Source: Seison nebaliae
Taxonomy: Eukaryota
DNA: 36,880 nucleotides
Direction: 5' to 3'
NCBI GenBank assembly: GCA_023231475.1
Contig: JALJEE010002443.1
Span: forward strand, 1-36,880
Shown here: in pieces, positions 1 through 13,500 of the stretch
How the letters are laid out: each line of letters opens with the position of its first letter
Position numbering within the stretch: position 1 is the first letter of the stretch
Notes under the pieces: generated by a model
Seen by the model: only the letters and a program-made list of their open reading frames with translations
Told to the model about the DNA's origin: nothing
Databases searched by the model: none
Program-made: the position numbers and the translations under genes

Positions 1-290
1 AAACGAACAATATTCAAATGAATGAGAGATAAGAAGGCGATTGGACGTTAAAATCTCAAAAAAGATATTTCTCTGGTCAATGGATTCCCTAAATGATAGT
101 TCTGTGATTCGCCAAATGATATTTTTGAAATTTGAAACTTCCTAATAAAATCCATTTCCGGTCGATAAATTCTCAAAAGGAAATTTCGGAGATCGAGTGA
201 TTCTCAAAATGAAATTTCCAAAAAGGACATTTGACACTTCTAAGAGACTTACACTTGTTCGTTCTAACGGACAAATTTGCCGCGCACAAA

Positions 291-376
291 TGACGTGTCA
301 TATAAAAGTTTTTAGTGCATATCGGAGAGGATAACTGCCACGTCATCAAATCTTAACGGACTTATTTGACGTGGCA
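291..376. promoter_or_regulatory. Cluster of three bZIP (CREB3/XBP1/ATF6 UPRE-like) ACGT-core sites with adjacent TATA-like element
   Basis: TGACGTGTCA 291-300, TATAAAA 301-307, TGCCACGTCA 336-345 and its reverse complement TGACGTGGCA 367-376. Target gene is not established. Confidence 0.45.
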
Positions 377-1121
377 AATGGGAAGATATTGGTCATTCAT
401 TTTTTACAAAATAATTTCGTGCATTATCTTTCTTCCATATTCTATCTTTCAGAATCTCATTCCATTCCATGTTTATTATTTTATCTTTTTAATTAATTTT
501 TATTTGAGACAACAACACAATGTCAGTGTGCGCTGAAAACTTCGGAAACATTTTCAAACTAACTATTCAACTGATTACATTTATTTTTTCTTTATTCAAA
601 GATTTATTCTTTTCAGATTACAATCAATTAGTGTTTTTTATCTTATTGGTTCTGAATTTCATTATGACGACGATAGTTGATTCTATTTGTGTGGATATCT
701 ATTTATGTCTCCATACATTCAGTTTCTCAGTTTTCCCTTCTTTCTATTTCTCTCTTTCATCTCCCATTAAATTTTGGAAAATGAAAAAAATTTCTTGTTC
801 ATCAACATCATCATCTTTAAGAATTTCTTCTTCTCATCACAAACATCAGAGAATAGAATATCCCAATTTTTAAAAATAAACTTATTTCTTATATTAACTT
901 ATCTTCAACGATTCACAAAAGTTGTATGATTAGGCTTAATATCTTAAATGACGAATAAGAAAAGAAAAAAGTCGTAAATAATTTTTTCATAAAATTCCAA
1001 CTAATTTTAAGTGACGTCGACTAACAAATTGTAAGATGGAAATTAATTTAATTTGGTTAAATTATCTCGATCAAAAAATAATTGGAATTGTTGAAAATTG
1101 GGGAAGTGATTTGGACAGACG

Positions 1122-2194
1122 ATGGGACTATGTAAAGTTAAATTATTTGTTTTCTTCTTCCAATTAATTAACTTATTAATCTCACAACATTGTCAGTGTC
1201 CAAACAGGAAAGTGACATCGTTGTTCTGTTTCCATCATCGAACAAATGTTTGTGAAAAATGTATTTTATCCGACCACCCACAATGTGTGGTTCGAACTTA
1301 TGTGAAATGGTTGGAAGATAATGATTATAACGATCTCTGTGTTTTATGTGATGAGCAGTATAGTCAGAGTAAAACCATCAGATTGTTATGTCTCGATGTT
1401 GTTCATTTGAATTGTCTCGATCGTCATATAAGTCGATTGAATGAACAAAATCCATCATTAATCAATTACAAATGTCCTGTATGTCAAGCATATGATGTGA
1501 TTCCCAAATCGAATGTAAAAGGACGAATTGCTGATATTCTGAGAAAGGAATTGATCGACTTCGATTGGGCGAAGATTATTCTCGGAATTACTAATGTTTC
1601 CTCAATTCTTTTATTATTTTTATTAATATAATTCAAATTAGATGAAACTGGAGAATGAGGAAGAAGGACGATCACCAGAGAATGTATTACGGAAACATAT
1701 GAGTGATAATTCTTTCGAAGAAACAAACGAAGAAAGAGGTTAAAAATTTAAATGAATTGTCCTATAAATTGAATTTCATTAGATTTCCATAGGGATTATT
1801 CTATAGATTTTAATGGAGGAGAAATTACTTCATCGATACCGAACGCTATTTACAGAAATCATGATGATGATAATTCGAAGAAATATCAGAAACCGAGTAT
1901 ATTCTTAAAATTGAAGAGAAGATTTCGGTTTTTAATTTTTATCATTTTTCAATCAACAAATCATTTATGAATATTATAATTTCCAGTTCTGCAATTAAAC
2001 TCGATCGACCAATTCGATATAAATGGACATTAGCCGTACTCATGTTCATTATATTCTTTCTCTTCATGATATTTCTGGCAACGTTTCATTCGGAAGAACA
2101 TATTCACAGATCAATTGACGTTCCTTCACGAGATTATGTCGACGATAAATTCGACCCACATAATAATCCCAATGTCCATGTCGACGTTTACTGA
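1122..2194 (+). CDS. ZFPL1: Zinc finger protein-like 1 (cis-Golgi, B-box-like + RING/PHD-like + C-terminal TM), ~287 aa
   Basis: Exons 1122-1136, 1197-1595, 1642-1738, 1783-1927, 1987-2194, all phases compatible. Splicing restores MGLCK|CPNRKVTSLFCFHHRTNVCEKC...HPQCVVRTYVKWLEDNDY, with LLCLDVVHLNCL, YKCPVC, TM helix and the C-terminal FDPHNNPNVHV motif typical of ZFPL1. Confidence 0.95.
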
Positions 2195-2302
2195 CCGAAA
2201 AATCAACGAAGCGTAACATTATCATTTATAAGCTATCAACATCCATTCCCCAACTGCTCATTAATAGTTTTCATTAAAATTTATTATTCTTTTTTTTTCT
2301 GA

Positions 2303-3848
2303 ATGAAGTTCCATCTCAATAAATTATTTGCCAATTCCATTTTTTTCATTATCATTTTCATCATCTTTTCCAATTGTCAATTGATGAACGGGGAAGAATT
2401 AGAAGATTCAGATGATACAGGATATCCACTTGATTTATTATTCGATGATGATGATGATGTTGATCATGTCATTTCCTACACCACTAATCTGACGATGATT
2501 GGTGAATTTATGACGAATCTCCAGATGATTATGAGACGAGAATCGAAAAATATTCTTCTAAAAAAACAATTGTTTCATATGAACGTTCATTCCTTATCTC
2601 ATAAAGATGGATTATTGTTAGAGAAGAATTCATCAACTAAACATTCTACTCTACTTCAATTCCGATCAACAGTTTTGAATTTTATTAGATTAAATTTCAT
2701 TTACTCAATTTTTGAAGGTGAAATATGAAATACTTTTGCTGGATATGGTTAGTGAATTGAAGAATGAGATGGAGAAATTAATAATTTATCACAAACAATT
2801 TACCTTGAGACTCATTCACGAATCGAACATGTTATTAATATCGTCGAAACAGTTGATTGAATTGTTCGTCATCCAAATGATATTTTGTGGTAATTTATCG
2901 ATTTCTTCCTTTTATACTGTCCATAAAGTGAAGAATGAATATTTGGATGAAATGGAAGCGATGAATACAGTAATCATTTCGAAAGAAATCATTCCAATAT
3001 CGACGATTATGAATCATTCCGTTGAATTTATGACGCCACTTTGTTCTTTCGATATAATTTCTGAATGGACGGAGGGAAATGAGACGGATACTTATTTGAA
3101 ACTCAAATTCCTTCTCGAATCATTTACGAATGATTTGAATTTGGAGAACATGCAAATTTATTCAAAAAATGTCAGTCAATTGATGGATATCGATAATCAA
3201 TTCATTCATCTCTCAATGACACAATTACCGTTATCGATTTGTTACGTTACATTTATCGATCATTCAACAATCCCTATTCCATTATTACCTAATTGTCTTA
3301 CCGTTCATGCTTATTATCAGACAACGGATCGATATCTCTATAATCTCTTTCTCGTCTTCATTATCTACATATTTCCATTTATCTTTATTATGACGGGATA
3401 TTATTTCATCCATAATCTCAAAGAAAAATATAGTAACGAAACTGATTTATCATCTTATCCAAAAATTAAAAAGATGAGAGTGGGAAAATTCATTAATAAA
3501 TTAGAAGCAAATACAAATAAATCGAAGAAATCTGATATGAAAATGGAGACACTTCTCGAAGCAATTCGAATGAATATGTTAGATGCGAAATCGAAAGAGA
3601 ATGAATTTCTTCCCAAAACCGAATTGAGTCATATGGAGAAAGAAATGATAGAACGATCAAGAAATGGATATGAGAATCAATCATTCCGATCTTGTGTCAG
3701 TTCCACGTCCCAAATTGCAGAGACGACCATCACAGATTGTGAAGAGATCAAAAGTAGTGAAGAAAAATTTAACGATGTAATGGATTTCATTCAATTGGCA
3801 CGGGTCAAATGTACAATAAATAAATGTTTGATAATTCCTAAAAAATGA
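2303..3848 (+). CDS. Orphan type I membrane protein (signal peptide, acidic patch, single TM, cytoplasmic tail), ~499 aa
   Basis: Exons 2303-2671 and 2718-3848 joined by a 46-nt phase-0 GT..AG intron. Hydrophobic N-terminus (SIFFIIIFIIFSNC) and TM LFLVFIIYIFPFIFIMTGYYFI. No family recognised. Confidence 0.7.
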
Positions 3849-3856
3849 TCTTTCGG

Positions 3857-6800
3857 TTAATTTCCTTTTTCTAATTCGTACGAAATTCTTAATAGAAGTT
3901 TTGAATCATCAATAAATTTGGCAGTTGTTCGAAAGTATTGTCGGATGAGATTAATATTACAATTGTTCGATGGAGGTGACATATTTAATTTGAATGTTCG
4001 ATATAATCGAATTTGACGTAACATCGATGCCATATATCTCATCTTCTCGAAATTGATGAGGAGAGTTTTCGTTTCGTCATTTGTCGGAACGTCTTCTAAC
4101 GATAACGACGGATCGACTCTCAGATCTTGTTGATGTACAAAATCCTCTACCTGATAATAAGTTTTCTTTCCTTCATGTGTAAATTGGAGATCTGAATAAA
4201 ATAATTTTTGAAAATCATTAAAGAAATATAGAGAGTTCAAAAGAGAATTAAGAAAAACCTCTTAATAGAATTTGGACATAAGGAATAATTTGAGAATTGG
4301 CAGTGATACTGTTCAATCCACCCGAAACTTCTTTCACTTTTTTCTCATCTGCTGATGTCATATATGTCGTCGAATTTCTTACTTCAGTATCAGATGTCAA
4401 TTTATTTGACATTAGTTCGTTACTCTCGCGAAGAACATTCTGTTGGAGTAATTCCTGTTTCCGTTTCTTTGATTTATTTATCATTTCTCGTAACAATCTC
4501 CGATATTTCAAATAAGATCTAGATGGATCGATAATATTTTCCATTTCTGTGAACAATTTCTTAAATTTCCATCCCAACTTATCCCATGTTTTCGTCAAAC
4601 GTCCAACTGCTAAATTTTTCAAACCGAGAGTGATGGAAACGAAGGTAGAGAGATTACCATAAACATTCCTGCAGATGTAAGCGATTTTGATGAATTTCCG
4701 TAAATAATGAACTCGATTATCTAATTTGTTCGTTAATAACATTTCGGTAGCTATCCAATTGGATATTTCATTGAATCCACGAAGGAATATGTTGAGATTG
4801 GCAATGAAATTATGAGGATTAGTTTGGAGACGATCAATCGTGTACCATAAAAGTTCATGTTCATGAATAGAAACGAAATTATTATACTCACGACATGATA
4901 ACACGTAAGCAATTTCTCGTGAAGAGAAATTGACTAATTGTTGAAATGTTCCGTTGAATAAGGTCGTATTTCTTTCCGTCAAATATGTCGATAATCCCAA
5001 TTGTTCGTTCAATGGAACGAGTGAATCAAGATGACATTTATTCACGAAAAATAATCGAACATTACCATTTTCATTGATGATACAATTCATTTGGTCATTC
5101 TTCAAAATTCTCATTATCTGATTCGATGATAATTCGGTCAATAACATTTGCTCTTTATCATCCGATCTGATCCATTGAGTATTCTTTGATAGAGCCGCAT
5201 TCAAAATATCTTGAGAAGTGGCGATTACCGGTAATCGGACAATGAATTGTGTATGATCAGCACAAAATATTCTGAGAATGACTTTATCATTTTTCCTTAT
5301 CGGTTTATAATTCAACATAACCGTATCGAGATCAGTGTAATGTTGTGATCTGATCAATTGAACGGTACGTTTTCTATCCATTCCAATCTGTTCTGGCCAC
5401 ACTTTCGATTGAGAGTTGGTCGGTTCCGTAATTTCTTCTGATTGTTCATTCTCGTCCGACATTTGACTACGATGAATAATGTCACAAATATTAATATATT
5501 TGTTAATATATCGACGTTCGCTAGCTAATTTGGAGAGTTGTTGTTGTAATGTTTGTTTGGCGATTGGTTCGGGTTCGATTTGAACCTTTGGTTGGGCTAA
5601 ATTATTCTCTGAAGAATAACGGACATTTTTGGGCGAATCGACAATTTGAATATTCTTCATACTATTCTTCTTCTTTCGACGAGTAAGAAAGGAGGGACGT
5701 GTATGTTGATCTTTTTTTGGAGAGAAAGTGTTGAGCGATGATTTTTTTGCGGGACGAACTGGACTTAACGATTTGGAAATTCGACTATTGGGAGATATTC
5801 GGACAATTGATCGACGAATACTATTTATATTGGGCAATTTCAATTGTCCAATACTCTCACCACTAATCCGAGTACTTGTATAGGAGAAACGAGATTGAAT
5901 ATTCTTCGCAAATATTGTCGAACTCGAACTAAAACGTTCGGAGAGTGTACTCTTTCGACAATGTTCTTGATCGACGTTTGTCGTCATAATAATTGGAGCT
6001 AACCAAACATCTCCACTAATACGAGAGATACAACAAGTGGCATTCGTTAAACGTTTCGTTATCGGATCGGAACGATTATCACATTTTTTTTCTTCTGGAG
6101 ATTTCTTCTCACATTTCTTCAATGTTTCATTTGAACGATCGATAATTTTTAGACCTAATTCTTCATCGTGATTCGTTGTCATTTCGTCATCTTCTTTATC
6201 GAAATTATTCACCATAAAAAAATAAGGATTTGGATTAAATTGATTCATGTAATAAGCATCACAATCGTTGATATTACCACGAAGTATAATGTTCAATTGA
6301 TTTATATCATCATTCAAATCATCCAAATTTTGATTTGGTTCATTTCGATTCTTTTCGAAATATTCTATCAATTTCTTTATCGTACTAATAATAACGGAAT
6401 TATCATAAAAAGTATGACGAGCAATACATCGCCAAGCACGAAAAAATCTCGTCAATTTTTTTCTTGTTATCGCTAATGTTGGAACGGAATTCGATGACGA
6501 TATATTCGTATCAACATTATCAATCGATTTGACAATCGATAATTTATCTTTGGCGATATTTTCGTAATAATTCAACGACCATAAACATAAATCTTTATCT
6601 GATATGAATGTTTTATAAGTGATGAGGAAATCATCTAAAAATGGATCTAAAATAAATTTAGAAATTAATTTGATTAATATGTATTTAAATAAAATTAAAC
6701 CTAATTCTAATAGATCATAAGATTTGAAATTGATAGTTGTCTCATCATAAATGTCATATTGTTGACAATTTAAACTCGTTTCGAATAAATGTTCTAATAT

Positions 6801-9231
6801 TTTATTGGGACTTCCAGCCGTTACCAAATATCGATAGGAATGATTGATTTCATTCTCGTCGAACATATTTCTTTCTGTACTCTCCTTTTTTATTCGTACT
6901 GGAACTTTGTCCATTATTAACGACACAATATTATTATCTCTCCAAATTACTCGACTCGTTTCATTCTCTGCCATTATCCTGATAACATCCTCTTTGTTCA
7001 CTTTAAGGAAATGACAATCCGATTCATTTAACATCACCGTCGCGGTTCTATTATCAATATTAATACGTAGAATCTTATAGAATATTTAAATTGTCAACCT
7101 GGCAACATTATTGACACAAGCGAATTTCCCAAAATCTTCACCACTGTACAATGTGTGAACAATTCCTTTTCCATGAATGATGATGTTGACGGAACCTTTC
7201 AGTATTATATACCATGCATTCGATTCATCACCTTGATGGAATACTAAAAATTTGGAATATAATATTAAAATTTAAATATAAAAAAAAGTTCTTACTAATT
7301 GTATCTGGTTCAGGATATGCTTCAAAATAAACCACTTTACACACTTCCCTCCTCACCAATTGAGAGAGATTACGGAAAACTAATAAATTTTGTAATTCGT
7401 TATAGATGTGTGAAACGTCTCGATCGGTTCTCAATTTAGATCTGAATAATTATTTCATCATTTATTGATAATAATAATCATTCTAACGGTTTTCGTAACA
7501 GTTTACGAAGATAAGCATCAGGAGCAATACGACCCAACCACAAAACGGCCGTTTGTAATTTGATGTCGTTGAGGTCGATTTCGCCATCGGTTGAATCATT
7601 GGCAGTTGATAAACGAAAACGACTTAACACTTTCATTTCCATCGATTTTCTACCTCGTTTCCGTTTCGTCGAAATCATAGCAAGTGATGCACGACTGTCA
7701 AATTTGGAATGACGTGGCTCTTTTTCGTCATTCATTTGTTTCTCCGATTCTTCTGTATACGTCTCCAACCATCGAACGAATTGATTCTGATATTTCGTAT
7801 TATCGGGATCATCTTGAGCGAATCGATAGAAAACATAATCGTCTTGAAATTCGAATTGACGGTTAACTAAATAAAGTTGAATTAATTTGGAATATGGAAT
7901 TTAAATTCGAACCATGATAGATGATACCTTCCTCGATAAATGCCTGCCACATATTCACTGCTTGTTCTCTCGATTCGGTTACGGGTGATGATTCCAATAA
8001 CCAATTCACCATTTCATCACCTGCCATACATTTGGGATATGTCTATTTAATTAAATTTTATTTAAAATAATTTAAAATGAAAAGAAACAATTAAATGATA
8101 AGTTCGGTCTCTAATCAATTCTGGAGTATTTTTCATGATATATTTTCGGATAACCCATCCACATTCCATCAATCTAGCTGATGGATGCTAATCATTAAAT
8201 ATAATGATTAAATAATAATTTAATAAAATGACCCGAACGGCTGTAATTATTGAAGCTGGATTTTGTATGGGAAGATAATCCGAATTTAAATTATAAACCG
8301 GATTATTCCCAATAATCGCTAAAATGCCATCTGGTATAACTCCAGAATTCATTAACATTTTTGAAATACTCTGTTCGTCATAATTGACGTCATTCTCCAA
8401 AATGTCCTTCTCCGAAAATTCGACAGTCGCCGTATTCTCGTCAGTGAACATGAGAGAACCGAACGCTCTTGGAGTTCCCACTTTCTTCGTCGATATATTA
8501 TCATCATCCTCTATTGGCGGTTCTATTTTTTTTTTCGAATGTTTTTACGTTCTCCTTAATTAGTAAAGAAGAAATAAAACCGTGAAATAAAGTTGTCGTT
8601 AATTTCGTTATTATTTCTTTTACATATTTCTTATGATTCTGAAAAATAATTTCAATTAGAAATAATAAAATTTATGTTTGAATAATTTTCTGAATTAACT
8701 TCCCAAATCACTTTAAAATCATTTTTATGAACACATAATAATTCACAGAATGAAGCAGTGACAGCTGTCGCTTGTCGACATGCACTATCATCTAGCACCG
8801 ATTCACCGAAAGTTGCACCAGCGTGTAGTGTAGCTACATGTTGGAATCCGATTCCTTTCTGATATGGAACTAAAATTTTGACTTGTCCCGAAATTATCGC
8901 GTACCAATAATGTCCGATATCACCAAAACGGAAGACTGCACAATAAATGCACAAAGCGAGAAAAAAATGAATTAACGAGTTACATTAGGAATTAGATCTT
9001 CATAGAATCCATAAATGGACAATTGTTGAATGACTCTCGGATTAAATTTTTCAAATACTCGAATCTCTTTCAATTTATTATAAATGATATCGATATCTTC
9101 ACCATTCCGATAACATGGTCTAGTCAAATAAGATAATTAAGTTAAATGAATTAGTTAAACTTCTTGTCCAATCGTGAAATTGAACTACTCATTTGACTGG
9201 TTTTTAATTGGGAAAATTGTTCGGAAATCAT
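3857..9231 (-). CDS. RAPGEF4: Epac (cAMP-regulated Rap GEF, Epac2-like: CNB-A, DEP, CNB-B, REM, RA, CDC25-HD), ~1586 aa
   Basis: 13 exons: 9231-9161, 9119-8977, 8935-8700, 8638-8581, 8522-8239, 8187-8089, 8042-7913, 7866-7488, 7441-7296, 7243-7099, 7047-6701, 6646-4259, 4191-3857. Motifs GATFGES..R (CNB-A), [18 protein letters not shown] (DEP), EDFGKFA..N..R (CNB-B), [11 protein letters not shown] (REM), [10 protein letters not shown] and INFEKMR (CDC25). Exact start codon less certain. Confidence 0.95.
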
Positions 9232-10505
9232 GTTTCCTTCTTCTTCTGATTAATTTGAATTTTTTGGAATTGATGGAATCGGCTCATTAAATGGTTTTTC
9301 CTTTTAGGAGGGAGTGGATGAAAGTGGAGGAATATGATAGCAAAGAAAGAGAATTTGCATATTAGTGTAATTAAACATGCAGGAACATATAAGAGGCTTC
9401 TACAATATTTTTATGTGGAGAATATTCCGAAAACTATAATTGTCTCATGACATAATACTGGATCGATAAAGGAGAAGAATATTTGAAGATTCCCATCATG
9501 TTCCGTATCTACGTCGGGAAATAGAGAAGAAGTCAATCGAAGGCAATTACTTTCCAGCAAAGAGATATTTCCATAAATTCCCCGCTCCACATGAACGAGA
9601 TATTCTTCTTATTGAATTTTCCATGCAACATTCTTCCACATCGATGCCATTGAAATGTATTAGACGATAAACATCCTCCACCCCAAAAGACTAATAAGAA
9701 TCAGATTGTGTAGAGGTGATATGAGAAGATGACAGAAACGGAATAAATCCAGGAAATAAATTCATTCAATATACAAATCAATTAATTTCCGACCGATAAC
9801 TAATTAATCTATATTTTCATCTTACACATCACATTCGTGATATATAAAAGTGTGAGAAACATCGAATTTCCTTATCAAATTTATTTTCAAAATGTTTTCC
9901 TTTCCTCTTCATATTTTCATATGACAAATTTATTTTCACAATATTTTTATTTTCCACTTTGAATTTTCTTATCAAAATTTATTTTCCAAAATATTTTTCA
10001 TTTCCATATCGAATCTTTCTCGGAAGAAAACACATCGACCAAATCCTAATTGATGTTCATCGGCACCGGAAAAAACGGATGTGCATCACCGTCTGTGTTT
10101 GTGGGGAATTAGAGAATGGGAAATTTTATAGAAAAGAAAATTAATATCGATAAATGGAAAATGGTGAATGAAATGAATCATTGAAATAAATATATAAATA
10201 TGTTCTATGGATTGTCTAGACTTTAGACCACCAATAGAATCATGTAAAACAGAAGAGATTGTTGTTATTGTTGTTGTTTTTGTTGTTGAACAAAAAAGAC
10301 GTTGAATGAATTGAAAGAGAATATCAATCTTGTCAGAGTTATGACATATCGAATGGATGAATGAAAAGAATGATCAGCGAAATGAAAAGTGAGAAAAGTT
10401 TAAAATGAAATTATTTTTAAAATATAATTTTTCTTGTTTTTTTCCTATGCATCGAAATTTGAAAGTTTTTCTTAGAAACTTGAAAAAAAAGGGAGATTGT
10501 GAAAA

Positions 10506-13500
10506 TTAATGATTGCTACTCATGAATTGTGGAAACATGCCGTTTTGTGCAAGTGGCGATTCGAGCACGGCATTCACCATATCCTCCGTTTGCTTCTCCA
10601 CTTGTTGATAATTGTGATTTACCTGATCTGGATCCTGTACCAACTTATTTAAATCAGACGGATAAGATGATGATTGTAATCGACTAAATCGTCCCGGTCT
10701 CCTCAAAATCAGTTCGTCTGGTTTCAACGGATTCTCGTTATATTGGAAAATGTTATCGATTTCCCTTTCATGATTCGCCACCGAATCCAATTGTGCCTGT
10801 TTGTTTTGAGCGGCTAATCGAGAAAAGATTGGAGCGAATGCCTTTCCCGCAAATGCCAGTTTTTGATATGGTTCCGAAATATCTGTTTAGGAAAGAAATA
10901 TGTTTAATGATTAATAATTTCTAGACTAACTATTATATTCATTTCCACTATCCCAATTGTCTGACCGTTCTAAAAAGAAATGAAATTTATTAAAATTATT
11001 TTAAAAATTTAAATTTTATAAAATTGAAATTAAAAAATTGATTACCAGCAAGAATAGCGGGAGGATGATGAAAATCGAATGAAAAACTAACTAAAAATTG
11101 GAGGAGGAATCGTCGTATCAGGAACGTCGAAGAAATTGTTATGTGAATTGTGATAATGAGGTGGATGATTAGCATGATAATTAGTGAACATTTTATTAAG
11201 ATTATTTGGTAATATCATCGTTTTCCGTCCATCACCCAATTCGTTAATTTCGTTAAGACTATGATTATTGTGATTGTCGAATTTAGAGTGACGATCGAGA
11301 TTCGGAGGAACATTCACATTATTCATTTGATGGAAATATCCATTTCCATGATGATTATTATTAATCGAATTAGTTATGTTATTATTAGAGGAATAAGTCC
11401 AATGACATTTAGCACTTCCTGACGTATCACTTCCATCCGTCTCATCATCATCATCCTCGACATTATGACGATTATCATCAACCTCATCATCTTCCGTATT
11501 TAAGGCGAGTGAAGACATTTGGTTAGTTGGATTACTCGTAATACTTTCCGTTAATGAATCAGTCATTATTGAACTATTACCATTACTTAACGTTTTCGTC
11601 GGTCGTAAACTGTTCATTTGTGTCCTGTAGAAATAATTTAAATAAATATATGATAAAAAGAAAAATATACGAAAAGAAAAACGGTTTCAATGGTCTCAAT
11701 GGAACGGATCGGAATATGGTGGCTGAATTGGGACTTAATTCACGTAGAGTGACATAGAACTCTCGAAGTAAAGCGCGTTGACGACAAGTGAACGCTTCAT
11801 GTTTTTGACATCTATCCAAGATTTTGATATATTCCCGTAAACATTCATCTTCTACCACCACCAAATCATCATCAATAGGATCAGTTGATGATGTGTTCTC
11901 CATTGAGAAGAGATTAGAAGTGAAAGATCGAAGGAAATAATGATTTTGTTGATTAGTTTCATTCTTCGAATCATCCTCATTAAATTTAGATACGCCATTA
12001 TTTAAATGAGCTTTCGATCGAAGAATTGTTGTTTGTCGATTGACACCGTTATTGCACATCGGTTTCTGGAGAAGTGGTTGTACATCCTTATAAAAAGGGA
12101 AATAAGAACAAATGAAGACGAATGGTATCTGGAAAAGTGGATGGCGAACACCAAACATCTGATCTTGTTCACATTGAACAATTCGTTTAATATTTTTATT
12201 TTCGATATTTACTGTCTCATTCGAAGTAGATTTAGTATCATCCGAACGGAAGAATGTAAAATCATTCATTAATTGGAGGATGGAGGATTGATCTCTGGGA
12301 TGATAAAATGGTATAATTGATGATATTTTATCTGCTGCCAAATAGACGAAAATGCAAGCCATCAACGAAATGAATTGACCGGGCAAATCGCCGACAGAAA
12401 CATCTTTTGGATTCCAATTAAATAATTTCTCTTCCTTCAAATATTTCTCTAAAGAACTGTCTGATTTCTCGTCACATTCATCCAAATAATGGAAATGTGA
12501 CGGTTGAATTAAGAAACTGCCTTGTTTGGGATGAGATAATGGTTTATATTCATCTCTCGTCTCCAATTTCCATGAACGGATTGGCGTATGAATGAAAATC
12601 TTCGCCATTTGAAGTGCATGAAGAATGCTCATAATTCCTGAGCGCAAATGCATTTCCATATACAGCAACGCCTCTTGACGTTTATTGAGACCTTTGATTA
12701 ATTTGACGAATTTATCTCGAGCTCCTTTCGTGATATTTTTCTCTTCCATCGTCTCATCTCTCAAATTCAACATCTCTTCGTAAGTAAGTGTGGAGAAGAA
12801 TTGTGTATATTTGTGCAATCGATGAGATTTCAACCAATTCGGCACATCTTTCATTCCTGAATTGAATGTATATTCAACTTCCATTTTTCCCAACTTCCCA
12901 CCAAATCTATTCAACGATTGCGTTCCCATCAATGTCTTGTTGGTGGGAGTTCCATTTAACCGTTTTTTTGGTAGTAATGACGATTTATTTGAAATGAAAC
13001 TTTTATTGGAAGTGGTCGATTGTAATTTCGATGCAGTCGATCCAATCGAATTCATATTTAATGGTCGATTCCAACAATTATGTCTCAATCGATAATCGTT
13101 TTTATTCTTTTGAAATAAATGACCGTTGTCATTCTCACCGTTCTGCTGGTTATGTTTAATGAAATCATATCGATTCGACTTCGTCGATGAGAGAGTCGGT
13201 TTACTATACTCATATTTCATCTCATCTGATGTCACTGATGGTGTCTGTTGTTTTGATGATGTTAAGAGAATAGTCGAATCATTAACAGAAGAAGCCGGTG
13301 AAGATTTCATTAGAAAAAATGGATTTGCCAATAATCGATCATTAATCGTTATAATTCTATCACCAAACTCATTCTTCAGTGACGAGTCCATCAATCTCAT
13401 ATTAATCAATTCAACATATTTCTCCAACACATCACTCGTCGCCAACGAATTGATATAATTGACACTGTTGAGAACCTGATCTAAATATTCGGAAATCATC

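Noticed and set aside
520..873. 117-aa + strand ORF
   Set aside because: F/I/S/L-rich composition expected from T-rich non-coding DNA; no motif; no consistent spliced model on either strand.
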